DNA from: Ancylonema sp.
Lineage: Eukaryota
NCBI GenBank assembly: GCA_050230475.1
Contig: JBFLGF010000057.1
Coordinates: forward strand, 1 to 64,000
DNA length: 64,000 nt
Direction: 5' to 3'
Both the position numbers and the translations under genes were made by a program. Below the pieces are notes generated by a model, which ran no database searches, was not told the origin of the DNA, and saw nothing but the letters and a program-made list of their open reading frames with translations. Positions 1-12,352 of the stretch are shown here, one piece after another. How positions within the stretch are numbered: the stretch's first letter is position 1; each line of letters begins with the position of its first letter.

Positions 1-207
1 GAGGGTGTCCCGTGGGTGTTTGGCTGCCGTGAGCAGCGAAGCGCGGAAGCCGGCTCCAGACTTAGCCACTTCAGGCGCCACATTTTCTCCAGATCCAGGA
101 CCGGAAGACGGTAAGGGGTTCACTCCAATGGCCGAGATGTCATCCGACAGCAAGTCAATAGCCTGTGGAGCAACTACGCCTCCATTCACAGCTGCCACAG
201 TGGCCAT
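1..207 (-). CDS. N-terminus of an unidentified protein-coding gene, continuing off the left edge
   Basis: Hand translation of the minus strand from ATG at 207 (context gaagacATGG) is open for 69 codons to base 1: MATVAAVNGGVVAPQAIDLLSDDISAIGVNPLPSSGPGSGENVAPEVAKSGAGFRASLLTAAKHPRDTL. No recognisable domain. Confidence 0.5.
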   Translation of the reverse strand, partial: MATVAAVNGGVVAPQAIDLLSDDISAIGVNPLPSSGPGSGENVAPEVAKSGAGFRASLLTAAKHPRDTL

Positions 208-1655
208 GTCTTCAAGACAATTACGTCCTCGTCGCTAGGGGCTGATCGAGTGCGGATGCAGGTTGAACGCTCCTACATATACTCTCTCGGTTTCTGTGTC
301 CTCACACCCTCCATCCACAACGTTTATGCTCCATTCTAGCCTGCTCTAGGACTGATCAAGGGTGATGTCGAATGGTCAACTGGTAATTTCGTTGCAGTGG
401 TGGAATGAATGTGCCACATGTATGGAAGTCATGACCTTCAACCCCTCAATTCGACTCGGGGTGGGTTGGTGGGTGGGTCGTGGACTTTTTAAGTTGAGCG
501 TTCGTTTCAGTTGACGGGTCGAGGGTGGGGAGCTTCCACTCAGCTGGCGCGATCTCCAGTCGAATGGAGGACTGCCATCCGTTCAATATTGACAGTGGTA
601 TGAACAAATCGTGAGAGCCAGCTGGTTCAGCTGTGTACCGGTTGGCATGCAAGCCCGGGCTCGGGGAACCTTCGACCTTCATCAAGTTAGAGCATACATT
701 AGGGCTCTCCGCTTTTTCGCTCCACTTCGGGTCGAAACCCGCGGGTATCAATGGTTAACGTGCCGAAGTGGAGAGGCTACCACTCCGTGTATTTTAATAT
801 TTCTAAGTGGAGCGTTTTCAAAAAAGTCGCACATTAGGACCTCTCCACTTCGATTCGTTATTCGTTCAAACCTCCCGGTCGGACACGCCCGTCCGTCCGA
901 TCACAAGACGGGAACGGCTGTTCATTATTTCCCGTCTGACGCGAAACATTTCAAAACATTTCACATTTGCGCGGACGAAAAATAATCATTTCCCACGCGA
1001 GAGGAACGCACCGCGAGGGTACTACGTGGGTCTCGATGAGTCATTTCAAAAGTGGTAGCGCTCCACTTCGAGGCCTCGAAGTTATCAAAGCCCCTGTTGG
1101 CTCAAAGCCCCGTAATCAACGACGTGTGGACTTGACGTCCGGCTTGCCCGACGTTTCAGGCGTCAATTTGCGTCACATACTCTTGGTTGACTTCGCGATT
1201 CGATTGAACGACCACAAACTCTGTGTGGTCAGAGAACTTTCTGAAACTTCTACGCAATTTGTATTTTCCCGACAAGCCCGACTTGGATAGTGATGAGATT
1301 GTTGTGTCGCTAACGGTGCCTGTGCGTGTTTTGGCTTAGTATACAGAATTTCGCAAGGGAGCGCAGGAGGAGCTTCAATTGAGGCGGATCGTGCTTGTTA
1401 AATGAAGTGGTGCTTGAAATTCTTAGCTGAACCTGGCGCGCAGCAGATATGGTGTCAGGCCGATACTATGGTTCTCGTACATGTCATGTTCACGTGATTC
1501 ATACTGTCATGCCTTTCTGCAGGAGTTTAAAGTCTGGAGCAGCAAACTTCTACGCACGAAGAAGTAGCGTACAGCTCTCCTAGAGCCCCGTAGTCTATGT
1601 TCATTCAAATCCCATCCCTCGTCAGCGCCCGTCACATCACGTGCACTCCTTGTGC

Positions 1656-2673
1656 ATGGGCAGCATGACGGATGTGTCTCTTAGAAGCGACGAATTGGCA
1701 GAATCTCTTGTTCCTGTGCATCTCAGCGGACGCGCAAGCCAGGTTGCACCGCCAAAGATCAGGTGGAATTCGGCGGAGCAGGTCAAAAAGGGCGAGGATT
1801 TTCATACAGTGCATGCACATTGTGCCGAAGGCAGTGTGAACTATGGAGTTTATGGGGTAAGTCCGAAGGGCGGTCTGGAGTCTCTGTAACTCGGAATGTC
1901 AGTGCCTCTAAATGACTCTTAAGATGCCTACCGATCGCTCATTCTTTAGTCAAGGCTTAAAAATGCGTCTACTTCTCTTTGAAGATTTCAGTCGCTGATC
2001 TTGGGAGCTGAAATCCTGTTGAGTAATGTTAAGCAAGCAGTGGGCACATGTTAAGAAGGCAGATGCAGACCACACATAAGCCTTCGTTATACTTTTTGAG
2101 TGCGTCCAGCTTCAGACAACCAGAAGGTTTATGCCCAAACTGTCATAGATATGTCAAAATAGAGGGGTTTGGCGTAAATATGTATTGAGAATGTTTGGGC
2201 CGATAGAACCTTGCACCCTTTCTCGGCTGATGATGCTGCTGGTGTGGCCCTCCTTAGCCTATAATAAATATTTAGCAGTGAGATACCAAGGCTGCGCCAT
2301 GCACTAGGGTCGTCCACATGGCAGGCAGCGTGCACCGAAGAAGCTTCCAGGCTCTGAAGACACCGTAACACCTAAACCTGCACTCTCCCCGCTATCTCCT
2401 CCAGGTATTTGATGGTCACAATGGTCCGGAATGTGCGAAATATGTGAAAAAGCACCTGAAGGAGCAGGTGGAGCCGCATCTGCCACCTGGCAACGATGTG
2501 GAGGCATGGCACACATCGCTGCCAACGGCGCTCGCTGAGGGATTCTTGATGTGCCACGACACATTCGCAAAGAGTGAGGGGAGGCAGCTCATGGTGGCAT
2601 GGTTTGGGTGCTTCATACGAAAACGAGTCGGACAGGAAGGGCTGAGGTTTTGGATACAGGGGCATATACACAC

Positions 2674-2733
<60 letters not shown>

Positions 2734-2757
2734 ATATATATGTATATATATATACAC

Positions 2758-2794
<37 letters not shown>

Positions 2795-2849
2795 CACATA
2801 TATATACATATACATATACATATATATATACATATATATTTATATACAT

Positions 2850-2906
<57 letters not shown>

Positions 2907-4720
2907 CACATATATATACATATACATATACATATATATATATACATATATATTTATATACATATATACATATGCACACACGTATAAATCAGACCTCCTG
3001 GCTGGGGCTTACCCGCCATGACGCAGGCTGACGCCTCCGCATTTGCTGCGCTGACGTGTTGCCATCTGTCCTGCAGCTGGCGGGCTCTCAGGCTCGACAG
3101 TGACCCTCCTGGTGGTCTCTGGGTGGATGGTGACGGTCGGTGCGGTGGGCGATTCGCGGGCCATTCTGGACACGACAAGTGGCGGCGTGCAGGACCTCAC
3201 CATAGACCACCGATTCGAGGACTGCAAAGAAGAGTGAGTGACGTCACCGATTAGCGGCTAGCGGTTAGCGGTTACTCCACGTGTGGTCACCCTTGGTTGA
3301 CATCCATCTTGGGGGTGCAGACGGCAGCGAGTGCTGAAGCAAGGGGGGATGATCGCTCGGCTGCGCACGGTTGATGGGGACGAGGTGAGCTACGCACCCC
3401 TCTCTTCTAATACTTGACAGGTGCTGCATGCGCTGGGAGGGTGGGATGGGGTGAAGGGGCGGAAAGGGACGGAGAGTGACAGGTGGCGTGCCGTGGGTGT
3501 GCCAGGTGGGCCCTCTCCGCAGCTGGCCGGGGGGGCTTTGTGTTTCGCGATCCATCGGAGACATTGACTGCGGCGCTGTCATCACTTGCCTCCCGCATGT
3601 GCGACAAATCGTTGTGAGTGGACGGGTGGGTTGAGAGAGAGGGGGGGAGTGGGTTGTCTCTGGGTTGAAGCAAGCAATCTCACTCTGTTGTTTTCTCCTG
3701 ATCCGCCTTTCAGGTGCCCAGTTCAGGTGGCCGCATCATCATTGCTTCTGACGGGGTGTGGGACGCGTTGTCCTCCGAAAAAGTGGCCAGCAGCGTACGA
3801 GGCCTGCCTGGCGCCAAGGCAGCCACCCACCTCATCAAGGCAAGGGGGGGGGGGGAGTGGAGGGGGCTGGGGGCTGGGGGCTGGGGGTTGGCAGGGAGGA
3901 TGGGGTTTGAGAAGCAAGCAAGCTGGTGTGATTGGTGCAGGAATCCGTGAGTGCGCGTGGGCTGAGGGATGACATCACTGTTGTCGTCATCGACCTCCTC
4001 CCAGCCTCCACACCGGATGACGACATGAACGCGTGTCCTGTTCAGAAAGCGAAGCCGATACAGAAGGCGATATTTTCGAAGTTCAAGGTGAGGGAAGTGG
4101 GGGGGGGCTTGTGAGATTGGTTGGAGTGAGCGGTGTTTCCATTGCAGCTGGTGCCTCATAGGCTTTGTATGCTGGGGGTGGTTTTGTGTGCTGTGGGGGG
4201 GTGTATACACGAGTGTACAGGTGTCACACAGGAATTCAATTCTTGTTTGGGATTGCGATGAGGGAGTGCACAGTCGCCTGACCGCGTGCATGGCAGTGTG
4301 GGCCGCCAGGTTGTGTTGGGAAGGAGATTCGTCACAATGGAAGGGTGGTTGTGGAAAGGGTTGCTACTCAGAGTTGTTGGAAATGGGTTGTTTGGGTCTG
4401 AAGGCGGGTGCTGTTTTGTGTTTTTGGGCGAGCAGAAGAAGGGGAAGAAGGGTCAAGTTGTGGAAGACGAGGAAGAGGAAGTTTCCACGCGCCTTCCTAG
4501 TCTAGTCCACGACCACGACTCAATCAAGGGTGGCAATCTTTACGAGAGGTACCTCAAGTCTGGCGGCCCTAAACCGGGAGGCTCGGTACATGTCGGCGGT
4601 TTGTATTGTTCCGTTTGCGGTGCCCAAGTGATCGGGGAAGATGACGCAGAAGCATCCATTCGAGGGGGGAAGAGCTTTTGTGCAAAGCACATCAGATCTG
4701 CCGCTGTCCTATCTTCATAG
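1656..4720 (+). CDS. Protein phosphatase 2C (PPM family, resembling plant clade H), about 8 coding exons
   Basis: Exons ~1656-1856, 2405-~2573, 3077-3233, 3321-3383, 3506-3613, 3714-3839, 3941-4087, ~4436-4720. They give [75 protein letters not shown] and a C-terminal CSVC...FCAKH motif. Start could be 1656 or 1665. Confidence 0.93.
2663..2980. repeat. Compound (TA)n/(TACATA)n microsatellite in PP2C intron 2
   Basis: Directly visible; source of the spurious YIYI/ICIC ORFs. Confidence 0.97.
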
Positions 4721-5050
4721 GGGAGTGATGCTCTGTTCCCCTCCTTTCCATCCCCTTGGGGGTGAGAAGGGATCATAGAAGTAAGAGACGAGGCGAATGA
4801 GTATGATACTCAAATTGGGAGGGTGGGGTTTGCGCGCCAAATAATATGTGCCTTGTAGCAATAAATTGTGGTGTATAGGCACGAGCACTGTAGTGGGCAG
4901 CATGCGCCTAGGAGGGCGCTAGCAAAGGTGTAAAGGGTGACTAGAGATAGAATTCTATGCAATATGTTAGAATGGTAGGTTGGTCACAAACTTCTACAGA
5001 TTTGCATCAGTAGACTACAAGTGGAAATTGCTACGTCATGCAAGTTCGAT

Positions 5051-5570
5051 TAGGGATGACAAAAACCAGAATTGATACGGCTAGAGTTGAGATTGACCCC
5101 AATGTACATATATGAAAGACATGAGGAGGCGAATTCCGTGACTTAGGATAGTGGAAATATTAGTGGACATGTTATTCCCATCTCAAGTATTGTCAGTGGA
5201 CAGATTTCGGAGGGAAGGGGCCGAGGTTAATAGTGTTCCCTTTCTTCCCTTCCACTCTCCGGAAAGAGAGTCGAATGGGAAGGAGTGGCGCAGTGTCAAT
5301 ATTATGTTGAGTTGCATGCTTGAACCAATTCTAGTTAACAATCTCAGGAGGGTGCCTCTGGGGCTTTTGTCAAATTGTATAATTGTTAAATTCAATGTTG
5401 TCCATCTTGACAAGTTGACAACTTGCCTCAATTTGTGAATAGAAGCCCAATTACTCCTTCGTAATCTCGTGAAAGATTATACGAGTGATTTTTGGCAAAA
5501 ATCACTCATATTGTCTTTGACTAATTTTTATTTCAAGTACATCTCGCCATTTCAAATTCGTGTCATCCCA
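5051..5570. mobile_element. Possible degenerate MITE with imperfect terminal inverted repeats
   Basis: Left end gggatgacaaaaaccagaattgatacggctagag; reverse complement of right end gggatgacacgaatttgaaatggcgagatg. No target-site duplication found. Confidence 0.3.
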
Positions 5571-5984
5571 TTTTTGGTGGATTGTTTTAGCTCTACAATA
5601 GTGTGATACAAGGTGGTGGATGCGGGATGATGCGGCAGAGGGGCCGCGCTAGACACAAGTATGCATGTCGTCAACGTTGGAGCGTGAGTTGAAATACATA
5701 TCAGTTAACTGTGAGCCTTCTTGTGAATTGGAGCTACTTTCGGAATTCTTTTAGCGACCAGATTGTGTGTCAGGATACGAGATCAGGACCGCAAGACCCG
5801 AAACGTGAAGGTGCAATTTGTGCAATTTCGCGCCTTGCATAAGTGAAGATTTCGGTGGATAATCACGATCCCGAAACCTATTCACAAAATATACCGATGG
5901 TCCGCATCAGCCGTGAATCCTCATCCTGGCTTCATATTGCAAAATTGATGGGGAGTGCACGGTCCACCGCTTTTATCTATCAAC

Positions 5985-8846
5985 CTAAAGCCTTTCGATT
6001 AGATACTTCAGTTTTTTAGTCCGCGATGTTGCGTCCTTGTCCCCTTCAAGCTCTGCTCTTGCCTCCATGTCTTCGCATGCTTGTACCAGCTCGATGCTCG
6101 GCCCCGGCAGCGCCACCAATCTGTCACCAACACATCAACGACCCCTCTACAATGCCTTCCCACCACTCTCAACGACTCATATATCTTCGCAGACTGCCAC
6201 CCATGCATGTCCCTCATGCACCTCACAGAACCGATGTTCTTATTTGGACCTTTGAAGTCTACTAAGCTGGAGAATACAAGAATTGATTCATCTAATTTAA
6301 TACACAGTAAACCAAGGAGAAGAAGAGTCACATACACGCGACGCGCAACCCAAAACAAAGTCATGTACAGCATCACCAAGCCAAGCAATCATCTAGAGGT
6401 GTACAGGTTTCGATCCCTCACCTATCATAAAGTGTGCGTGCTGCTGGAATCCCTCCCACTCCAGCTGTCCACTTCACCGCCATACAGGCGATCTGTGGAC
6501 CTCCCTCCCCTTTGCCGCCCCAGGCCATGGCTCCCACCACTGCTTCGCTTGCTAGCTGGACCCCATCCCTCACCCTGGTCCAGTGTTCCAGAGCCTGCAG
6601 GGACAGGGGCGGGGGCGGGGAGGTGAGCCTCATTGGCTACACAGCAGGACACCCCTGGGTTCAAAAGAGCGGACTTTGCGCCTCATCACCTCTCCCTCCT
6701 TACCAGTCTCCAGATTCTCGCTGCCTGTGCCATGGGCACAGCTGCCAGCGCCTCTCTCACCAGCTTTCCCGACCTCTCCTTCCCCCCCCAGCCCTTTTCC
6801 CCTCCTGGTCCTACTCTTCCCAAGCTCATCACCACTCCCACCCTCAAAGCCCAGAGAACCCCCGACTGCATAAACCTCGGCATCCCACACAGCTCCTGTA
6901 GAAGCTCTTCTGCCTCCTTCACTCTCCCCTGTCCCAGCAGCAAACCTACGTGGCGCTCGGCCATGCTCTCTGTGCTCTGCTCTCTCGAATGCGCTTCGCA
7001 GTAAAGTGCTTCAACCTCCAGCGCTGCAGCCTGCAGATGACTGTCTGCTGCCCCTCCCGCCTTTAGCTGCTCTTCTAGAAAGACAGCGCACAATTCGTAC
7101 AGTTGTAGGGAGGGAGCAGATGCCAATCCAGACCTGTACACCTGCATAAGAACAAAAGAATAGACAAAACAAAAAAAAATCTTCTGACACCAGCTCGACC
7201 TCATATTGAGTGGAACAAAAACATTTGCTTCAAATATTTGAGTGCTGGTACAAGTAGATTCTAATGTTTCATGTATGTCACACAAGAACAGGAAGTTTGA
7301 AAGAACATTGGAAGGATATATCAGAAAAAGACAGGCACAGCCAAACAGCAGAATACCGCACCAATTCACGTCCGAATTGATGGCTCATGGCACTGTCATA
7401 TTTTGCACAATCAACAACCACGACAAAATTACTCACCTCCACAGCTGCTTTGTACACTTCATTCGTGTCCTTTGCCTTTTCATTCTCCATGCATCTCCTC
7501 GCATGCAGGTCAACGCACTCAGCCATGTCCCCGAAATCTCTCTTCATCTCCTCGTACACCTCATCCTCCACCATTCCCCTCCATTTGAACTCAAGCCCCC
7601 GCAACACCTCCACAAACTGCATTCGAAACTGGAGGTCGCTTTGGATGGCCGAGACAGCATTCTTAAGAATCTGTCTTGCAAGCAGCAGACTCAGCTTGTC
7701 TTCGGGGGAGTCTGCAAGGATCTGACCGCCACCCTCGCCGTCACCGTCAGATTGAGTACGAACAGAGGCCAAGGAAGGGGTGATGATGTCTTCATTTCCC
7801 CCTACTTTTCCAGCATCAGGACCCAGGCCAAGCAGCAATCGCCGAGCTTTGAGCTTCTGCATGGCTTTCATCTCCATTTTGAAGTACTCGATCCACAGCT
7901 GTTGGGAGGAGTTGCACATGCGCAGACCTCGCTGCATGAGGGCTCGAGCACCTTCCACGTTCAGGTTAGCCTCCAGCTCCCAAGCTGCCGAGTACATCCA
8001 GAGACCCGGGACGGTTGGATGCAACTGCAGAGCCCTGGTAACAACCTGCGATGCATGCGATGCAATGGTGGTGTTGATGGAAGTTTACACCTGAACCTAT
8101 TCAATATTGAAGCGGCTCATTGCTATGATATAGAAATGGGATGTCCTGGTCTGCGTGACCAGCCTGCAGAAAAGTGGATAGATCTAATATTTATCGTATC
8201 TAAGCTCAAAACCTGCTACGCTGCATTCCCCCATACGCTTCTGAAGAATTCAACAACCAGAGTTTGCATTCTGCGAGCCGATGTCTCTGTAGCTGTAGTT
8301 GCGCTCCTGGCAGGAGAATGGTCCGAGTCCCGGTCCATTTGCACTTGCATTTGTATTTGCGTTTGCGTTCCCGAGGAATTTCTGAACCAAAGAACTAGTT
8401 ATGCTTGTGAATGGTACCACATGCTGAAAGCCCAGGAATACCTTTTGAAATTGCCTAGAGCTGCCCCTGATACGACATGCCTCTGCATACTTGAGCCACA
8501 GGCGAATATCTCCCTTCAATTTTCGAAGAGCTCGCTCGTAAAGAAAAATAATCCTCCTCGTTATTGCCCTATCTGACAGGGACGACCGCCATCTTTGATT
8601 GGCTGCTTTCAGTTTTTTCACAAGAGCGTCTTTCCGCGATACTCTAAGATTTTCCAGCTGGACCTCGTACTCTATTGCATGCAGATAATCCTCCTTCAAA
8701 ATGGCTCTGCGCTTCAGCCGATACTCAAAGTCGGTCCGCTTTTTTACAATTTGCTTGATTTCTTGCTTTGAGAAAAGGCCTCGTTTTTCAAAATCCTCGA
8801 GCTCCGGCAACATCTGTTCAAGTAAATACCGAACAGTGTCTGCCAT
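5985..8846 (-). CDS. UTP6: U3 snoRNA-associated protein 6 homolog (HAT-repeat SSU processome factor); 3' end uncertain
   Basis: N-terminus MADTVRYLLEQMLPELEDFEKRGLFSKQEIKQIVKKRTDFEYRLKRR and HAT repeats (LWMYSAAWELEANLNVEGARALMQRGLR, LWIEYFKMEM). Exons ~8846-8442, 8045-7436, 7141-6623, ~6540-6421, and 6121 downward (LVALPGPSIELVQACEDME). First in-frame stop at 5985-5987. Confidence 0.9.
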
Positions 8847-9408
8847 GACTACACCGGGTTGGCAAACGCTGCGAGTTTATAAATGTGGTGGCGTCAGAGT
8901 TATTCGTTGTATCGTATCTTAGACTACCGAGATCGTTGTGTAAAGCTGTTCGCCTGAACAACCTGCGGTGCGTACAGAGCCGCGTACGTATATCGAGCAG
9001 GACCAATGCGGGTGGCAGTGCGAGACATGTCCGAACTTATCTTGGAGTGACAGTCCCTATCAAGTCCCTCCCGAGACTGAAATGCAGGCGTCGCAATTTG
9101 ACTTACAAGAGAGCATGGCGGCTTCTTCCTAATACGGTACTTGCCCGCTACAAAGTAGAACCCCTCTAAAATATCGATTCTGCCGTCCCAACTTGGGACT
9201 CTTTATCCTACCCGATGTCCGATATTGGACTTCTGCCACCTGGGCGACTTCCCGATCCCGAAGGTCTTTACGCCACTGCTTCATGAGAGAAAAAGAGTAG
9301 AGGCGCATCAGGCTGGCAGAAGAAGTTCTGCTACCGTCAAATTGAGCGAATCAGATTCACATCTCAATTTCTCAGGTGTCAGCCGATCAAGCACATGGTG
9401 GAGGAAAG

Positions 9409-10767
9409 ATGACGACCTCTGGCCTCAGCCCTGCTGCACACGAATCGCATCCGAATTCCTGTCAGTGTGGACAGCATGGCCAGCAAGCAGTCCATCAGTC
9501 TCTGGACGAGCTCGGTTTTGACCGGAGCTTGGCTGGAGCTGCTCTGCGAGGAGACGTCAGCACCATGAGTAGGTTGCTAGAAAAGGGATTCGATGTAAAT
9601 GGAGATGATGAGTCGGGAGGATACACGCCGCTGCATTACGCCGCCAGGAACGGGAGATTGGACGCCTGCAAGCTCCTCCTGCAGGCGGGCTTCCAACCCT
9701 GACACCCCAGGTTCGGGCTTAGTACATTTCAGGGCTCAAAAATCCATTTTGCCGGTACGAAATGTACACAAGGAGCTCCTTTCCTTTGTCATTCACTGTA
9801 TGTAGTATGAAGTCTGTCTCAACGCCTTTGTGACAGTGTATGTGATTTATGGCACCCTTGCACTCGTCGCTTATTCAAATTACACATCCCTCTTGGCCCC
9901 CGTACTCTTTGCCATTGAACCCAGGCCATTGAAAATAACCTCAAAATCAACTTCCACGCAGTTAACATGTGCATCTTCAATGTATCCCTCCACGGCTTCA
10001 TTACACACACATGCGTTTCCACGTGAATGCGTGCATTTCTAGGCACATACAAATGCACTATGCCCAAGTCATACCACTTCTAATCCCCGCTTTTCTAGAT
10101 GAGAGCTGAAATTTTTGTCTCGCAATTTACAGAATGGAGCTATGGTGCACTCTCAAACCTGTCTAGGACTTGCCACTCCCTTGCATCGAGCTTCTTATGG
10201 GGGACATGAAGACATCGTGAAGTTGTTGTTGGCGAATGGAGCGAACTCCACACAGCCCGATGCAGATGGGCTTACAGCTGTCGATAAAGCGAGTAAGAAA
10301 TCAAATGCTCGTTGTGGTGGAGATTATTCTAGTGATGTTCATAGATGTGGATTCGAGGGCGGAATCACCTCAAAACATCTCCTTTTTGTTCGGCTTATCT
10401 TGCGATATAATCATATGAGAGATTGTATGAGAGATGTCGAGAACGGTTGGGAAGAACTTGTTCCCATTCTATCATTCTCATATTTTGGCTTACATGAAAC
10501 CGAACACAATTATCTCCGCTCCCTATACATGTCCCTCGAATCGTGTGCATCTTTGGAGGAATGTTTTGATGGCCTAATGAGTCACACATTCATTTCAGTT
10601 GTTCATTTTTTCCAATAGTGAGACCCATGTTCGAGAGTGACTCGCTAACCTTAATCCTCAAACTACACAATTTTGGATGGACAGAACATCGAGGTTTCAA
10701 GCGGATACAAGACATGCTTGAGGCGGCAAATCCAAATGATTCTATGATTACAGATGTTGTCAATTGA
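9409..10767 (+). CDS. Ankyrin repeat protein, ANKRD39-like (3 coding exons)
   Basis: QSLDELGFDRSLAGAALRGD, GYTPLHYAARNG, ATPLHRASYGGH, DADGLTAVDK. Exons 9409-9684, 10133-10292, 10685-10767 (AKHRGFKRIQDMLEAANP...N*). Head-to-head with UTP6, ATGs about 560 bp apart. Confidence 0.85.
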
Positions 10768-11252
10768 AGGATGCGTGGATTTCGAGTCCAAACTAAGTAG
10801 CGATCTGGGTAAATGTGGTAGTCACCGTAGTGAATAACTAGTAGTTTGGTACAATCTTGCAGAGCGCCATGTTCGTTAGGGTATTGGTACATCCCGATAT
10901 GTGATGTCTGATGGACTTATTTGTTGTATCATTTGGAGCGCATACATGATGGACAAATGCACAACCATTTTTTGTATCAAGATAGCAATAATTGAGTTTG
11001 CCAAGGGTTCACTCGATGTGTTTGGTTTTGTATGTACATGGACGACTTATTTGTGCACTAGTGTGAGGTGAATGGAAAATCGATAATCGACAAGATTATC
11101 GATCAATAATCTTTCAAAACGAGGAGTATGCTACAAAGCAAGTTGTAGAGCACAAAGTCGTTCATTTTCGTTCGTCACAAAACCATAGTAAGGGACAAAG
11201 AACTCTTATGCGATCTATCGCTCACGTTTGGACCCATCGACACGGGCCAATG

Positions 11253-12310
11253 TTATCGGAACTCTTGGAAGTTGGTGTGCCCCGTGGATTGAGCGTGCTC
11301 CACTGCCTCCTGCACAAACACCTCTTGCGAGCTCTGCTTGGTCGAAAACATGGAAGGGTAGACTAGGGATATTGAAAACTTGGAACATGAACGGCATCAA
11401 ATCTCTTTTGAAAAGCGTAATGGTCATCAGAGCGAACACCCTTCATCGGCACCATAAGCACATTCGACAACACGTTGTTAGATGATGTAAACACAATGTG
11501 GAAAAATATCATCCATAGAATCCGTCTAGGACATTGTGTGCATTGGCTAGCATGCATGCACAACGTTTTTGTCGATCTCACCTTCTGGCCCACCACCCCT
11601 TTTTGGCACACTCCGCACCGCAAAGTGAAGTTTTGGGTGTCTGTAAACTTCCGGGCCCTGCCCAACCACCCCAACCCTTCATCACTCTTTCGCGCAACAC
11701 ATTACGCGAACCCCCAACAATTCACACACTCTCGGAACTCGGAACTCGGAACTCGGAACTCGGAACTCGGAACTCGGAACTCGGAACTCGAGGCATCGCC
11801 CAAGTCCTCCCTCCCGACCCACAAACATGCACAAAACGACGCAATGTACCTCCCCTTTGCAACACGCAAGTGTGGGAGTTGGATCCGCACGCCCACACGT
11901 GATTGTCGATGCGTATACGCGCCCCCAACCTATCCACACTACCACCCCCCACCGGGATGGCTTACCGCTTTGCTTCATGAGTGATTTGTTGAGCCATCCG
12001 CGTAACCTCTCCAGCCTCCGACCCACTGGTTGGGAAAATGGTTTGGTCGATATCCTCCGGGGCGCCATCAAATAGAGACAGCTGCACATCCGATCTAACG
12101 AGAAGTGGATGTGATTTCTGATTAGGGACTACAAACCCCTCTTTTCTCATACCTCCCCCGACAATCGAGAGCAACCACCGACGTGATTTCCTATTCGAAT
12201 CCGAATCGATCGGAACTCATTGCTACACACCCATGAGAGTGCCGAATTCGATAAATCCAGAATGTGGAGGACCAGATCGCATCTACTTCCGCAACCTGAC
12301 ACAGAGTTGC

Positions 12311-12352
<42 letters not shown>

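Noticed and set aside
700..1096. Possible MITE with repeated CTCCACTTCG motifs and TAGGGCT/CAGGGGCT ends
   Set aside because: TIR match is very short and there is no TSD; it could be promoter sequence between divergent genes.
2372..3031. Long [20 protein letters not shown] ORFs here and at 12.6-14.5, 30, 33, 41 and 44 kb
   Set aside because: They are translations of stop-free intronic microsatellites, not proteins.
7242..8576. 444-aa plus-strand ORF
   Set aside because: Antisense shadow of UTP6 exons with no recognisable domain; the same applies to the 20326-21221 ORFs opposite PMT.
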